A stretch of 64,000 bases of DNA from a virus. Positions within the stretch are counted from its first letter, which is position 1. Every line of letters begins with the position of its first letter. The position numbers and the translations under genes were made by a program. The notes under the pieces are model-generated. The model had not been told where the DNA came from, made no database searches, and was given only the letters and a program-made list of their open reading frames with translations. Location of the stretch: IMG/VR virus record IMGVR_UViG_3300044470_000123, positions 4,106 to 68,105 of that record; one strand, written 5' to 3'. Positions 1 through 12,353 of this stretch are shown piece after piece.

Positions 1-849
1 TGTCATATAAGAATATGGCAGGAACCCGTATCCAGCATTTCCCCAATTTTTTGACCAACTATTCTTAAAAATAAACCACTGCTTAGAGTCATCAAACCCG
101 ACAGCTAAAAGTGCATGTCCTCCGAGGGTCCTTTCTTTTTTTGAAGGCATAGGTATAATGCCAGTAGAAGTGGCATTAGCACTTTCAAAGCTTGAATAGA
201 CAGTAATACCGAAGATAAAAGGGTATCCTAGGGACAAACAAGTTTTCATGTCCGCTAGTGTTTGAACTCTGTAGTAGCTCTGAATAATATAATTTAATCC
301 ACTTGTATAACAAGTTGAGTTAGGTTTAGTTTCTAGTTTAGCTATATTGTATGGCCACATAGACTCAGCACAACATCCATTAGCTGCCAAAGTTTTTATG
401 CCATCTCTTAAACTAGCACCTGCATCAGATTTCACTGTGTTTTCTAATGCTCTTTCATTATAGTATACAAATAGTTGACTCATAGGTATTAATGATTTTT
501 TATCTTTTAACTCAAGAGCCTCTAATCCACCTGTTAGTGCAAAACTCGTGCAAGACCCAGCTTGACCTTGATCAAGTACTGGAGATTGGAAAGGTCTTAA
601 ATCCACAGATGTAGGTAATTTTGTACTGTTAAGTCCTAAAGATGAGAAAGTAAAATCTCTCTGGTCTGGTAAATCAGGTCTAAACCCATTATAATTTTTG
701 CCAGTCTGTGCTACAGAACTAACATTAGTATGCTCTACTGGTTCTGATTTATTGGGTATAGGCCCATTACTATTATTGGCTATGGTATGATTATTGAAAG
801 ATCCGCCAGTTTTAAGAATTTCAGCTTCTAACCCGCCTAAATTACTCAT
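1..849 (-). CDS. Papain-like C1A cysteine peptidase (3' end runs off the window; absent from the ORF track)
   Basis: Manual translation from ATG 849 (SD AAGGAG upstream) gives LPTSVDLR..DQGQAGSCTSFA (Gln/Cys), GGHALLAVGFDD (His) and KNSWSKNWGNAGY (Asn), a complete catalytic set. Confidence 0.93.
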   Translation of the reverse strand, partial: MSNLGGLEAEILKTGGSFNNHTIANNSNGPIPNKSEPVEHTNVSSVAQTGKNYNGFRPDLPDQRDFTFSSLGLNSTKLPTSVDLRPFQSPVLDQGQAGSCTSFALTGGLEALELKDKKSLIPMSQLFVYYNERALENTVKSDAGASLRDGIKTLAANGCCAESMWPYNIAKLETKPNSTCYTSGLNYIIQSYYRVQTLADMKTCLSLGYPFIFGITVYSSFESANATSTGIIPMPSKKERTLGGHALLAVGFDDSKQWFIFKNSWSKNWGNAGYGFLPYSYMT

Positions 850-926
850 AAAATATCTCCTTTTGGAATAGTCTTAAAATAGTCTTATCCAATAGATAAG
901 ACATACTTACTACGTAATAGGGAAAA

Positions 927-941
927 TATTAAAAGAGTATC
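927..941 (-). promoter_or_regulatory. Putative late promoter motif, variant GATACTCTTTTAATA
   Basis: One of 9 intergenic copies of AATA-N6-TAATA; upstream of the peptidase. Confidence 0.5.
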
Positions 942-953
942 TAAAACTGAGGC

Positions 954-1601
954 TTATTTAAGGTAGTATACAGTGCCTTGTAGGGATCTAAAATAGGAAT
1001 CTAGGTTATCATCAGTACTTCTAATTCTAAGCTCATCTATCTTCATATCTGAATTTTCACATACTAGTGTCTGAAAAGATGTATTCATACCGGTTAAACC
1101 TGCTGTAATAAAAGAGCAAGGAACTTGTATCCTACCATTACCTACAGTAGATATATACATCCTATTTGACCCAGGATGGAACTCTATTAATGTCCATGTA
1201 CCTAGATTTATAACAGGATTATTTGAAATCCATATATTTATACCAGAACTAAAAACTAAATGCATATTAGAGTCTATGTAAAACTTCCAATCCCTGCTAC
1301 CACTATTTTCAAAAGACTCTATAACTATATTCTGAGAGTCTACATAAGTTTGATTAACTGCTATATAGTTATATTTAGTAGTCATATCTTGTGTATAACC
1401 GTCTGAAACTGTAAGCACAGGAGAAAATACTCCTGCTGTATTATAGGTATAAGTAGCACTAGACACATTTTCAGCATACCCTCCATCCCCAAATATCCAT
1501 TTATAATAAGTAGGAGTACCTGATCCTGTAAAATTAAATACTACGGATAGAGGATTATACCCTTGTTGTATAGAAACTGAAAAATTTGCTACTAATGACA
1601 T
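954..1601 (-). CDS. PKD-domain virion protein with LamG-like C-terminus
   Basis: PKD signature YKWIFGDG..ATYTYNTAGVFSPVLTVSDG; C-terminal IDELRI resembles LamG. Confidence 0.7.
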   Translation of the reverse strand: MSLVANFSVSIQQGYNPLSVVFNFTGSGTPTYYKWIFGDGGYAENVSSATYTYNTAGVFSPVLTVSDGYTQDMTTKYNYIAVNQTYVDSQNIVIESFENSGSRDWKFYIDSNMHLVFSSGINIWISNNPVINLGTWTLIEFHPGSNRMYISTVGNGRIQVPCSFITAGLTGMNTSFQTLVCENSDMKIDELRIRSTDDNLDSYFRSLQGTVYYLK

Positions 1602-1617
1602 TTTGAAATACTCTATT

Positions 1618-2751
1618 TTACAGATTAATGAACTTAGCTACATCTGTATACCCATTTGCATTAAATACCCTTAGCTTTACTAGATATTGACCATGTAAGG
1701 GAAAAGTATATATAATATTCTGTATATTATAAACCTCTCCTCGATCATCTCCATAAGACCCATCATAGTTTACCCACCAAGTCCAAGCTATAGGACTGTA
1801 AGTAGAAATATCTTTAAAATGTATAGTGAGAGGATTTAATAGATCTACAGTATATGTAAAATCAGCTTTAGGTTTTTGTGTAAATTTTACCCACGCTGAT
1901 ATAGTTCCTGTATAACCATTCCCAAAATTAAGAAACTCATTCCTTCTATAAGATGATAACCCTCCTCCATATACTACATTATGGCAGTTATCCACAGGTC
2001 CTGGTTCTACTGTAAAATAAGAAGCAGGACTTCCATCAGGATTCATACCAGAGTAGCTATAGAAACAGTCTCTTTCATACATAGAAAAATCAGTTTGATA
2101 TCTAGCATCTGTTTTAAACTTTAAATATAGTAATAGATTACTATCAGGATAAACCCCTGTCTCTCCTTGAGTCCCTGTAATACCTTGGGGACTTATACCC
2201 GTAATACCCTCCAACCCTTGAGCTCCTTGCACTCCTGTATCCCCTTGTGCTCCTACTAAACCTGTGCATCCGAAGGCTCCTGTGCATCCTAGATCCCCCT
2301 TTAGCCCTGTATCACCTTGAGTAAAAGTGTCAGTTATAGTAAAAGTGGACATCTGTGAGTATTCATTATAACTCACTATTTCAAAACTATTTTGTATTTG
2401 ATGTAATATAAATTGGGCTACTGGCAAGGCATTAGGGATAGCATCTGCAGTATATTTTGTTACATACGTGTCAAGGACTACTACGTTATCAAAAACAAAT
2501 TTCCCGTATTCTACATCATAATAAACATTAACTACTGCATATTTATCTAAATCTTCAGGAAGATTAAAAAAAACTTGTCCTTTAAAGGGAATCTGCAGTC
2601 TATTTAGTGCTAAAAATGAGTTATTATATAGGATAGTACCAAAATCTACAGAATATATTTTTTCTCCTGTAATACCTTGATTTATCCCTGTAACTCCTAC
2701 ATTAGTATAAGTTACTGATATAGAATTACTTTTAGAAAGGACTTGATCCAT
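1618..2751 (-). CDS. Collagen-repeat fibre protein with LamG-like and PKD-like C-terminal parts
   Basis: G-X-Y run ([13 protein letters not shown]...GETG), TISAWVK motif, terminal [17 protein letters not shown]. Confidence 0.7.
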   Translation of the reverse strand: MDQVLSKSNSISVTYTNVGVTGINQGITGEKIYSVDFGTILYNNSFLALNRLQIPFKGQVFFNLPEDLDKYAVVNVYYDVEYGKFVFDNVVVLDTYVTKYTADAIPNALPVAQFILHQIQNSFEIVSYNEYSQMSTFTITDTFTQGDTGLKGDLGCTGAFGCTGLVGAQGDTGVQGAQGLEGITGISPQGITGTQGETGVYPDSNLLLYLKFKTDARYQTDFSMYERDCFYSYSGMNPDGSPASYFTVEPGPVDNCHNVVYGGGLSSYRRNEFLNFGNGYTGTISAWVKFTQKPKADFTYTVDLLNPLTIHFKDISTYSPIAWTWWVNYDGSYGDDRGEVYNIQNIIYTFPLHGQYLVKLRVFNANGYTDVAKFINL

Positions 2752-5700
2752 TAGATTCTCACAGTAGGATAATTAACCAATCTATAAACTGCTATAGCTG
2801 TATTGTCCGTTTCAAAATACCCAGGAGTATACTCTGTATCATCGTCTTCAAACATACCTGACATATTCTCAGTACGAGCAGTAAACATCTTTGAGAAAAT
2901 AATAAGTACTATCTCTCCTCTTACTACAGGACTGATTAGATCGGATCTTACTCTACCTAATACAGGGAAAAATACTTTTCTAGGCACAGGAGATACTAGA
3001 CGCTCTGTTTGATATTTAAAAGTATCATCACAAGCTGTATAATAAGCTCTTCCTAGCCTGTCTCCTATATTATTGGGGCTAGAAAGTGTTATATCTTCTC
3101 CTAACTTCCTAGATAGATATGCTGGTAGCTTTATTAAACCAGTATCTATACTAAAATTAGGGAACTCTAGATCTACTATATTAGTAAAGATATTATCAGT
3201 TACAAAGGTAGTGTCATTCACAGGGATATGATCTATAGGATTTTCATATGGATCCTTCTTAATTTTATTGCTCCCACCTGTACCTAAATTAGAGACATAT
3301 AGAAAATCTGAACTTGTTAACACTTCTACAGTTAATTCTGAAGGAAGATTATCTATAGCCTGATAGGGTCTATATTTATAAAAAACATATGCCTCAGAAG
3401 TAGCAGATGCTCCTGAAAACTGGGTCTGCTTAACTAACATCGGTACATATATAGTGCCATCACTTATAGATACTCTATTATCAAAATATATAAACACAGT
3501 ACTTGTTCCTAGGTTTATAGTATTTTGAACAGGGATAGTATGAAAATATAGATCACTATTGCTCTTATACCACACATATGATTGGTATGTAACTTCTTTA
3601 GTACCATATGAGCTTAATCCTAGTATTATACCGTTAGTTATATCACCGTCATTATTTGGTGTAGGATTAGTTAAGTCTACTTCTATATACTTTGCCCCAG
3701 ATAGAATAGGGGTATTATATAAAACAGACTTATATAGACCTATTATACCTTTTGATCCCACATTAAAATCTGTAACATTAGGAGCTCTATAAGCCTGAAT
3801 ATTGGGTCCTATATTAGCCTGTGTAAAACCTAATATAGTAGCAGTAGTAGATAAAGAAGGAACTACTTCTAGTATAACTTCTATCACAGCATTTTTTGGT
3901 ATAGTAAAAGCTTTGTCTATGTTTATAGTTATGCTACTATTATCGTACCCTCCACCGCTTAAAGGAGACTCGCTCCAGACAGTATTATTGTTAACATAGT
4001 CTGTAGATATTAAGTACTGAGCTCCTGTCTTAGCATCAGTTATACTTTTAACATTAAATACGGTGTAATTATTAACATTTTTTGGTATTTGTAATACATT
4101 TATATAGTCAGTAGCCTGCATAAAATAATGATATTCTATGAGGGAGCCTTTAAATTGCTGTCCTTTGAACTTAATCAAAGATCTAGGATAGTCTAGTGAA
4201 CTTTCTACATAATTATTCGTGCTCTGATACAGATAGATATCATCTTGATTAGTACCTATCTCTATAGCAGAATAGAAATCTGTGTAGTCTTTATACCCAG
4301 GGACTCTTTCTTCTAAATATTCTATAGACAGGTTCTCTGTGTTTTCATTTATACCTCTATAGAAAACACTATTATCCTCTACATCAGGTACATATTTTAT
4401 ACCTAAAGGCTCATTGGGGACTCTACTTAAACCATCTTTAGTATAGTCTATCCTATTAGCATGTATAACATAAGTTTCACCTGGATCTGGAGAATATGAC
4501 CCTATATTAAATATTATAGTGTTAGTCCCTAAACCAGAGAAAGTACCGGGGATAGTTTTAGAGGTCTCTGCTCCGTTTATTTTAGATACCACTTTATGAT
4601 ATGAAGGGTCAGTTAAATATATACTATCTAAAGTAGGTCCTAAAGTAAAATCAGATGTAGCTAAAGGTGTAATACCATTAGGGTCAAGCTCTTTAATATC
4701 CTCTGCTATAACTGCTTCAGAAGTCACTAAACCACTTATAAGATTATTAAGATCGCTGATCCCTATATAAGTATCTGCTAATAGGATAGAAGTACCGTAT
4801 TGAGTACCACTTTCATCTCTTGTGCTTAATTTAGTACCAAGTCTATTTCCTAAAAGCTTATCAAAATTCTTTTCCATTAAAGCCGTATAGGACTGTATAT
4901 TTACTTTTTTTCTAAGGTCTATAACTTCTGAAGCATCTATCTCTTCATAGGTAAGCCCGTCAGGTCTTACCGCATTAAGACTATAGATAGTAGATCCATT
5001 TATATTAGTATTAGGATCGAAAGGAGAAGAGTTCCTACGTGTAACCATAAACATAGGTATAGCCCAGACCCAGCCATCATAAGTATTCCTACAGTGCGCT
5101 TTCCATAGACCGTAGTCACCATTCTCTTGCCCCATATTAGAAAATGTATAAGACCCTGCATCAGTAGTATCATCATTAGGACCTAAACTATAAACATACT
5201 CTGCCCCCATGCCTGCTTCAGGATAAGTAAAAGGGTCTATACCTGTAGCTACTCTTACACTGTACTGGATCTGTACCCTGTCAGATGTTTCTACCCCTAC
5301 CTGAGGATCTATTATATCATCCTCAAGAAAAGTATCTGCCTGTGATAAAATATTACCCTCAGGATATATCCTACCTTTTGTTTTTAAAGGAAGATCTGTA
5401 TCTTGTACTTCAAAATTTGTAGGTATGTCTAAAGGATCATAAAGTAAAATACTACCATCTGATCCTGATATCCAACCATAGTTATCGCTTGTAAAATAGA
5501 TATCATACAAATCAAATCCTAAAGGATTAGTTATAACTTCCCATTTAGACCCACTATTACTAGTTTTAAGTACTAGTCCATCATTACCTACTATCCAGGC
5601 TTTATCTTCTACAGAAAAACTAATATCTGTAGTACCATTATTGGATATTATACCATTACTGGGTCTAAAATCAGAAGGTTGTAAAGCGCTGGCATAAGAG

Positions 5701-7154
5701 ACTGTCATCTGGAACACTCTAATAGTCTTCCTTTGATTTGGAGGAAGACTAACATCATCTGGAGAATAAGGACTATAAATATTGTTGACAGCGGTAGCTA
5801 AATCTTCGGCAGAAGCATAATCATCTAAATCTAATACATAATTATAATTTACTCCATCTAGTGTACCTCTAAACTGTAATACCAGTGAATTAGGATGGTC
5901 ACTTGGAGAGATACTATAAATTATGCTACTGAAAAATCCACTAGAAGATCCTAGAACTCCTATAGTGAATTTATTTATAAACTCTTCTTTAATAAAAATC
6001 CTATTTAAGTCTATGCTACTAGTAGGATATATTTTATTTAAAGTACTATATACGCTACCATTCCATATCCTATCAGACATATCCACAAAGTGATACCCGC
6101 CATCAGGAGTTTTTAATATAGTCCCATTTTTACCTATTACAAGACCATCATTCAGATTAAAAAATGATACAGATGTTAAATCGGTCTTAATAATATTAGA
6201 TGATTTTATATCTAATACTACTTGAGATCTCCAAGTCTGCCCACCATCTATAGATATAAGAAGTGTGCCTGTATCTCCTACTATCCAACCCACTCTATTA
6301 TCAAAAAAATATATACCATTAAAATTAGTAGTTACCCCTGAAGTACTTTCAATAAGCTCAAAAGTACTACCATCTATAGATTTTAAAACAGTTCCATTAT
6401 CACCTATAACTACTATAGTATTTTGGTCTATTACAGATAAATCATTTAAATTATCGTTTACTGGGGTAGACAGTAGAAACCACGTCTCTCCACCATTTAT
6501 AGTCTTTATTATATACCCACCATCTCCTACAGCATACCCTAAATTTTGGTCATAAAAACTTATTCTATTGAACTGTGTAGATACTGGAGGATTTTTCGTA
6601 ACCCATATATCTCCTCCGTTTACTGTTTTAAGGATAGTACCGTTGTCCCCTATAGCCCATCCAAGACTATCATCATACATAAAAATACTGTAAATAGAAC
6701 CTATCTGACTTACATTTTGAGGTTTAGCATAGATATTAGTATCCCCTGGAGTAACTAAAGATCTCCAGACTTCTAAGAATATACCATCTACCCTAGATCC
6801 AGATTTTAATTCAAAATCGGTTAGGTTTATCTTATTTACGTGCTGTATGTCTGTATTAGTGTTGGTTACATATATAGGCCATCCGTTTACTAAAGCTACC
6901 TCAGGTTTAGCACCATCAGGATCTTGAGTATAAAAACTATTGGATAGATCATTAGAAGTATAGATTGGTCTGTAGCTAAGCCAACCAGATGGATAGGCTG
7001 CGGTAGACTTTTGAGTTAATAGCTCCTGATACTCTTGAAGTATATTAAGCTCATTAGCTAGAGGGGGTACTCCAGGATTAAAGGATACCTTATCATATCC
7101 AAACTGGAAATCCTGAAAAATATTTGACACTGTCTTTGATACATTACTTGTCAT
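2751..7154 (-). CDS. Large baseplate/fibre-attachment protein with YCF48/BNR-like beta-propeller
   Basis: Repeated GW-x-x-G-D-x-G-x-I-L-K-T-x-(N/D)-G-G-x-x-W blades; N-terminal [12 protein letters not shown] motif typical of baseplate wedge proteins; position after the J-like gene. Confidence 0.7.
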   Translation of the reverse strand: MTSNVSKTVSNIFQDFQFGYDKVSFNPGVPPLANELNILQEYQELLTQKSTAAYPSGWLSYRPIYTSNDLSNSFYTQDPDGAKPEVALVNGWPIYVTNTNTDIQHVNKINLTDFELKSGSRVDGIFLEVWRSLVTPGDTNIYAKPQNVSQIGSIYSIFMYDDSLGWAIGDNGTILKTVNGGDIWVTKNPPVSTQFNRISFYDQNLGYAVGDGGYIIKTINGGETWFLLSTPVNDNLNDLSVIDQNTIVVIGDNGTVLKSIDGSTFELIESTSGVTTNFNGIYFFDNRVGWIVGDTGTLLISIDGGQTWRSQVVLDIKSSNIIKTDLTSVSFFNLNDGLVIGKNGTILKTPDGGYHFVDMSDRIWNGSVYSTLNKIYPTSSIDLNRIFIKEEFINKFTIGVLGSSSGFFSSIIYSISPSDHPNSLVLQFRGTLDGVNYNYVLDLDDYASAEDLATAVNNIYSPYSPDDVSLPPNQRKTIRVFQMTVSYASALQPSDFRPSNGIISNNGTTDISFSVEDKAWIVGNDGLVLKTSNSGSKWEVITNPLGFDLYDIYFTSDNYGWISGSDGSILLYDPLDIPTNFEVQDTDLPLKTKGRIYPEGNILSQADTFLEDDIIDPQVGVETSDRVQIQYSVRVATGIDPFTYPEAGMGAEYVYSLGPNDDTTDAGSYTFSNMGQENGDYGLWKAHCRNTYDGWVWAIPMFMVTRRNSSPFDPNTNINGSTIYSLNAVRPDGLTYEEIDASEVIDLRKKVNIQSYTALMEKNFDKLLGNRLGTKLSTRDESGTQYGTSILLADTYIGISDLNNLISGLVTSEAVIAEDIKELDPNGITPLATSDFTLGPTLDSIYLTDPSYHKVVSKINGAETSKTIPGTFSGLGTNTIIFNIGSYSPDPGETYVIHANRIDYTKDGLSRVPNEPLGIKYVPDVEDNSVFYRGINENTENLSIEYLEERVPGYKDYTDFYSAIEIGTNQDDIYLYQSTNNYVESSLDYPRSLIKFKGQQFKGSLIEYHYFMQATDYINVLQIPKNVNNYTVFNVKSITDAKTGAQYLISTDYVNNNTVWSESPLSGGGYDNSSITINIDKAFTIPKNAVIEVILEVVPSLSTTATILGFTQANIGPNIQAYRAPNVTDFNVGSKGIIGLYKSVLYNTPILSGAKYIEVDLTNPTPNNDGDITNGIILGLSSYGTKEVTYQSYVWYKSNSDLYFHTIPVQNTINLGTSTVFIYFDNRVSISDGTIYVPMLVKQTQFSGASATSEAYVFYKYRPYQAIDNLPSELTVEVLTSSDFLYVSNLGTGGSNKIKKDPYENPIDHIPVNDTTFVTDNIFTNIVDLEFPNFSIDTGLIKLPAYLSRKLGEDITLSSPNNIGDRLGRAYYTACDDTFKYQTERLVSPVPRKVFFPVLGRVRSDLISPVVRGEIVLIIFSKMFTARTENMSGMFEDDDTEYTPGYFETDNTAIAVYRLVNYPTVRI

Positions 7155-7166
7155 TTTAAAAATCCT

Positions 7167-10100
7167 CTAATTTAAAAACTCTATACCTTTAAAAGTTATA
7201 CTATCAGCTGTTAAATACTCAATCTGACTAGTTTTTATATCTTCTACTTCAGTAACTCCAGTGGGATAAGACACGTAATATGCTGCCATATAATGCTTAG
7301 CTTGAGGAGGCATCCCATCTGTAGTACTTACTATTAAACTTCCATCTGCACTGATGTAAGCTTGTCCTGGTGCACTAGACACTAAAGTAGGATCAGATAC
7401 TAGTGTAAGCTCTACCGTATCTTCATACACTGCTCTAAAAAGATTATCAGGTCCTCCATTAGTGGTAGTAGGATAGGATAAAACAGTAGTAATAGTATTA
7501 TAAGAAGACACTCCTTCTTCTCCTGCTCTCTGATACACTTCAAAAGCTAAGTATCCTAAATCATCTAACGGTATAAAAGACCCTTCTCTTTTCTGCATTA
7601 TTAAAAACGGGGTACTTACTGAAGCTACTCCTTGTACATTTAAAATAGTTTTAACTAAATATCCTTGTGTAAGAGTAGCTCCCATCTTTAGTCCAACTAC
7701 GGCATTATATATAGCTGTTTGTATTTTAGACCTTAGTCTCTTTTCATCATCTGTGGTAGACCCATCATTAGATGCAGCAACACTTAAGTCTCTTTCTATA
7801 TTAAAACTTAAATCGATACTATTTTCTATAGCTTGTTTAGATATAACATCAGCACAAGCGTGCTTCATGATATCTATCTTATCTTGTACCTGTCCTATAA
7901 GACTATTATAAGTGTAAGTTACATATAAATTAGTACTAGCTGTATAGCTCACACCAATTGTATCACCAGATCTTATCATACCATTAGATATTAAGTTTAT
8001 ATAAGTATATTCTGTCTGTGTACCAAGAGTTACTGTGTAGTCTACTCCTAGTCTATAAGTTACCGTAGTATCTGCTGAAGTAACTACTACATCTTCTAAA
8101 ATAACTCCTTTAAAATTTAACTGTGCTGGAGTGTTCAAACGTATTAAATGTTGTTCATTAGTTATTGTTATAGACTCAGGTATATCATTTACTGAGTCAA
8201 ATAGAAACTCTATACCTGCTTTAGCTATAGAAGACATACCTGTTTTTAAAGGATCTTCTATTTGTATAAGTTGATATTTTGTAGGATCTATAACATTTCC
8301 ATCTTTATCTTCTACAGATACTAAACTTAAAACAGGTTGATTCTCTAATATAAGTACATTTGAACTTCTATATCTATAGTCTACTTCTATAACATCCAAA
8401 GTAGCCATACCTATAGATATATTGGTTTGACTTGAACCATTTAATATGATAGTATCTGATAGTAGACTTATATCTGTCAAATCATAGTAAGCATTACGTG
8501 TAACATTTCTTATCTTATTTACAAGGACTATAGGGCTATCTGCAGTAACTTTTGAATTAGTAGTCTTAATCCTAAAATCTCTAGCATCTATAACATAAAA
8601 TCTTTCCCCTATCTGATTACCATAAACATCCGAAGGATACTCAAATTTGAATGCTAGTTGATCTACTGTCTGACTTATATTCATACCTCTGATATATAAA
8701 TCTACATCACCACCTATATGTTGTTTAGTAGTCGGATCCCAGTCGCGGGTCATAAGTGGGTCACCAGCTTCTTGCTCAAGAGCCTCAGCTACTCCAGGTA
8801 CTCCATAAACTGTAAATAGATATCCTGGTTTAGTCCCTGAGTCGAAAGAAGATCTAGCTAATTTTATACGTGTACCAAAAGAAGAGTTAGACTCTTGATC
8901 TGTTCCATAATTAGTTGGTACATCGTTTTCTACTTGTACTCTAGGATCCAAATTTGTTACTACTGTTATTACCCCTGCTGGAAGATTACCTGCAGATCCT
9001 GTAGTAACTGCTACGATATTTGCTTTTATTTCGTATCTTTTTAAAGAAGCATTATAATAGTTATTTATAGTAGAAGCTTCAAAAATATAGGATCCAACAA
9101 CATTAAAATTTACAGGACTAGCATTTAGATTAACATTACCTGGATACTGTGCTAGAGTGTTATTTGGCACAAGTACATCTGAAGTAGGAGCGTTAATCAT
9201 AAAAAGTGTAACTGTGCCTGTTGAAGCAGTAGCAGGCATCCTACTCATATTAAAGTTAGCACCAGATTTATCGAATTGTTGATCTATTAAAGACTGCAAT
9301 AAAGATGGGTCTGATATATTTAAAGCATCTGCTAGTTTCTGTTTAGGTAAACTTGTTGTAGGATCATCGCTTACGCCGTCACCATTTTGATCATCAAATA
9401 ACATTAAACTGTCTATAGACTCACAGGTAAAAATAAAATCTTCTATAGTATAAAATTTTTCAAACATATCTGACACAGGGTCTATTTGGTCTCTAACCAC
9501 CTGTCCCGTAGTTATATTTATTTGATCGTTATTTGCATTCAGTCTCTTTGTCATAGTTAAAAGGATATCAGGTCTTTTTCTAGGTGGTAAACTCATAAAA
9601 TTAGTTTGATATCTTATAAAACTAGCATTAAGTTCTACAGAGTATGGACTTTCTACTACCTGATTAAGAGTATTATCATAAGCTACAGCTGTAGTTATAA
9701 AATAGTATACTATATCATCATTTAAAGTAGAGCCGTCTGATAAAAAAACATTAGGGATAGTACCTGCTATAACCATAGCTTTAAGTACATCTTTAGTTAC
9801 AGTAAAAGTATAATAGTCTACTTCTTTTGCTGTAGTAGCTGTTGTAGTTATAGTTATATCCCCAGCAGTATTCACAAAAGAAGAGTCTATCACATTTGTA
9901 GTCTGAGTCTCAGAAGTATCTGGAGTGCTAACATAAGTATCATTCATGAGCGAGTACCCAGAGGATCCACCACCCACATACAGACTTAGGTAAAAATTAC
10001 ATCCTAAAAACTCACTATTAGAGTTTAGTATTATAGCATCTTTAGGTATTAATATCTTTATCTGATCCCTGAATTCTTTTATAGTTACTCCTGTAGGTAT

Positions 10101-10535
10101 CGATACTGATGCTGATATAGAGTCTACATTCACTATATTTACTACAAGAGTAATAGGAGAACTTTGGTCTACTTGAGTACCTATAGCCCCTATCTGATTA
10201 GCAAACTGGAGAGCCATAAAATTGATCGTTAATATAGAGCCCTCTTGTAGAGATATATAATTTTCAGTATCTAGAGACCAAGCTACTTCTGGAGCCGTAT
10301 TAATAGTAGGTCCTGCTACTACTCCTGCTAAGGTATAGGTTGGAGAATTCGTTATAATGTTGCCATTTTGAACAGAATAGTTATATGCTACCGTAAGTAA
10401 CATATTGGAGGGTAGACTTATAGGTACAGGAATAGAACCAGATATCTGTTGTGATACAGAATTAGTGTAATAAGAATAATTTACACCAGAAATGTAATTC
10501 TTTATAGGCGATAAAATATTTGGGTTCGAAAGCAT
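7167..10535 (-). CDS. Baseplate J-like wedge protein
   Basis: ATASTGTVTL...AVTTGSAGNLPAG..TNYGTDQES...GT..GY...VPGV...GGDVDLYI follows the Baseplate_J pattern. Confidence 0.85.
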   Translation of the reverse strand: MLSNPNILSPIKNYISGVNYSYYTNSVSQQISGSIPVPISLPSNMLLTVAYNYSVQNGNIITNSPTYTLAGVVAGPTINTAPEVAWSLDTENYISLQEGSILTINFMALQFANQIGAIGTQVDQSSPITLVVNIVNVDSISASVSIPTGVTIKEFRDQIKILIPKDAIILNSNSEFLGCNFYLSLYVGGGSSGYSLMNDTYVSTPDTSETQTTNVIDSSFVNTAGDITITTTATTAKEVDYYTFTVTKDVLKAMVIAGTIPNVFLSDGSTLNDDIVYYFITTAVAYDNTLNQVVESPYSVELNASFIRYQTNFMSLPPRKRPDILLTMTKRLNANNDQINITTGQVVRDQIDPVSDMFEKFYTIEDFIFTCESIDSLMLFDDQNGDGVSDDPTTSLPKQKLADALNISDPSLLQSLIDQQFDKSGANFNMSRMPATASTGTVTLFMINAPTSDVLVPNNTLAQYPGNVNLNASPVNFNVVGSYIFEASTINNYYNASLKRYEIKANIVAVTTGSAGNLPAGVITVVTNLDPRVQVENDVPTNYGTDQESNSSFGTRIKLARSSFDSGTKPGYLFTVYGVPGVAEALEQEAGDPLMTRDWDPTTKQHIGGDVDLYIRGMNISQTVDQLAFKFEYPSDVYGNQIGERFYVIDARDFRIKTTNSKVTADSPIVLVNKIRNVTRNAYYDLTDISLLSDTIILNGSSQTNISIGMATLDVIEVDYRYRSSNVLILENQPVLSLVSVEDKDGNVIDPTKYQLIQIEDPLKTGMSSIAKAGIEFLFDSVNDIPESITITNEQHLIRLNTPAQLNFKGVILEDVVVTSADTTVTYRLGVDYTVTLGTQTEYTYINLISNGMIRSGDTIGVSYTASTNLYVTYTYNSLIGQVQDKIDIMKHACADVISKQAIENSIDLSFNIERDLSVAASNDGSTTDDEKRLRSKIQTAIYNAVVGLKMGATLTQGYLVKTILNVQGVASVSTPFLIMQKREGSFIPLDDLGYLAFEVYQRAGEEGVSSYNTITTVLSYPTTTNGGPDNLFRAVYEDTVELTLVSDPTLVSSAPGQAYISADGSLIVSTTDGMPPQAKHYMAAYYVSYPTGVTEVEDIKTSQIEYLTADSITFKGIEFLN

Positions 10536-10550
10536 CTAATGTATACCTTT

Positions 10551-11300
10551 TTAAGAAGCTAGTTTAAGTTGACTAAGATTCGCTTCAGCAAGCTGCTCAA
10601 ACAGTAGAACTCTTCCACTTCTGGCTGAAAATTTTACCATAATATGTACAGTAGACTGATCTGATGGATCAGGAGTAACATCTATAGATATCAAATCTCC
10701 AAAAAGTTCTCCCTGACTAACTGGTCTTCCTAACGACACATATTGAGCTTGCATCTTTTTAAGATCATCTACAGCTTTTTTTACATCGTTGTATATCTTT
10801 GTTTTCAAAAAACTTATATCCGTTACCTTTGTGCCTATTAAAGTGTGTAGTGAAGTCCCTAGCCACGTATGATAAGGATTACTATTTATCTGTGTAACTA
10901 TAAATTTTTCAAGAGTTTGTATAAGTAATATCTCATCCTGTGCTAATACTACATCTTTATCAGGCCCGTACACTATATCGTCTAAGTAATTGGTTCCTGA
11001 GCACTTAGGACAAAAATTTGATAGAGTTGTGTACTGAGCTTCTATTAAAGGATTATATAATCTTATCGAGTTTTTAAAAGTTATATAAGTCTTTGAAAAT
11101 ATGCCATTTTGTACATTAGGTTGAGTAGTTACTATATATAAATTTTCATTTAACACTATATTATTTACTCTAATAGACAAAGATGCTGCTGAACCGAGAG
11201 AATAAGATAAATACAGAGTCTTCCTATCAGACTGTATAGTTATAGCCTCCCAGTTTATAATATGGTCACATCTATTTTGTATTTTATAATCTACGGACAT
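10551..11300 (-). CDS. gp25/GpW-like baseplate wedge (sheath initiator) protein; likely start ATG 11300
   Basis: SNPYHTWLGTSLHTLIG motif; adjacent to the J-like gene; AGAGG SD before ATG 11300. Confidence 0.7.
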   Translation of the reverse strand: MSVDYKIQNRCDHIINWEAITIQSDRKTLYLSYSLGSAASLSIRVNNIVLNENLYIVTTQPNVQNGIFSKTYITFKNSIRLYNPLIEAQYTTLSNFCPKCSGTNYLDDIVYGPDKDVVLAQDEILLIQTLEKFIVTQINSNPYHTWLGTSLHTLIGTKVTDISFLKTKIYNDVKKAVDDLKKMQAQYVSLGRPVSQGELFGDLISIDVTPDPSDQSTVHIMVKFSARSGRVLLFEQLAEANLSQLKLAS

Positions 11301-11321
11301 GATACCTCTATTTACCAATTT

Positions 11322-11336
11322 TATTAATTGAGTATT
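11322..11336 (-). promoter_or_regulatory. Putative late promoter motif AATACTCAATTAATA
   Basis: Copy of AATA-N6-TAATA upstream of the gp25-like gene. Confidence 0.45.
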
Positions 11337-12348
11337 AAGTTTTGCCTTTAAGCATCTTCAATAGTATCTGTTTTTTAGCTATATTTATAGCTGTTACAGA
11401 GGCAGCTTCGTTTTTTAATACCCATTTACCATTTACTTGTGTAGGGTACTCGTCACAAAAAGGAAAATTACCAAACTTTTTTCTAGCTTTCTCTCTCCAC
11501 ATACTTTGTATATCTGCAGTAGCCTGAGTAGTAGGGTCATCAGCTTTCACTATATTTTGACCAGTTAATAGGCTTGAAAATAAAAAATTTACTTTTTTTT
11601 CTAAATCATTTACAGTTTTATTCTGAAAAATATTTTTATTGACCCAGTCGGATACAGATATTGTTGTATTCACTAAAATATTAGCTAAATTTCCTGGATT
11701 AGTCAGGGCATCAGTTATTGGTTTTAAATTTGTCCAGTCCTGAACATATTTTGCTAATTCTGTGGACTCTTGTTGTCTAGTTAACTCTCTAGTTCTATTG
11801 GATATATTAGTAGATGCAGTAGCCGTAGTCATTTGAGTCTTAGATGAGCTATATAAAAATGAGCTATTAGTGTTTAAAGGTTGCTTACTATCAGTAGTAG
11901 TTTGACCTATATCATTGTTAGATAACACTCGTATCTGCTGATTAATAGGTGTTAAAATACCTGTAATTATCGTAGGTCTGACATTCGTAAAATATGTTAT
12001 AAGAGTGCTACTTTGACTCATTATCTTAGTATAAGAATCAACATTCAAAAGAGGTTGCACAGTCTTAGATAGTCCTATTATACTACTCATATCTATAGAA
12101 TAAAGTTTTGCTACATCTGAGTAATTAAATAGTATACTATTATCCTGATTTATTAAGTTTGTATTTATAACATAAAAATTTTTATAGTTATTAGATATTT
12201 GTAATTTTTGAGTATCCGTCATAATGTCATTTTGATTAGGTATATTCTTTAAAAAAACAATAAATCTATCTATCGTAGATATAAGCACAGTTACATCGTT
12301 TTTGAAACTTTTAAGATTATTGTATATTACAGTTGTTACTTGATCCAT
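11335..12348 (-). CDS. Hypothetical protein in baseplate cluster
   Basis: Long ORF tightly packed and co-oriented; no motif recognised. Confidence 0.6.
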   Translation of the reverse strand: MDQVTTVIYNNLKSFKNDVTVLISTIDRFIVFLKNIPNQNDIMTDTQKLQISNNYKNFYVINTNLINQDNSILFNYSDVAKLYSIDMSSIIGLSKTVQPLLNVDSYTKIMSQSSTLITYFTNVRPTIITGILTPINQQIRVLSNNDIGQTTTDSKQPLNTNSSFLYSSSKTQMTTATASTNISNRTRELTRQQESTELAKYVQDWTNLKPITDALTNPGNLANILVNTTISVSDWVNKNIFQNKTVNDLEKKVNFLFSSLLTGQNIVKADDPTTQATADIQSMWREKARKKFGNFPFCDEYPTQVNGKWVLKNEAASVTAINIAKKQILLKMLKGKT

Positions 12349-12353
12349 TATTC

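Noticed and set aside
867-902. Short direct repeat AATAGTCTTA and 8-bp hairpin in the peptidase leader
   Set aside because: Too short to assign a function; not repeated elsewhere.
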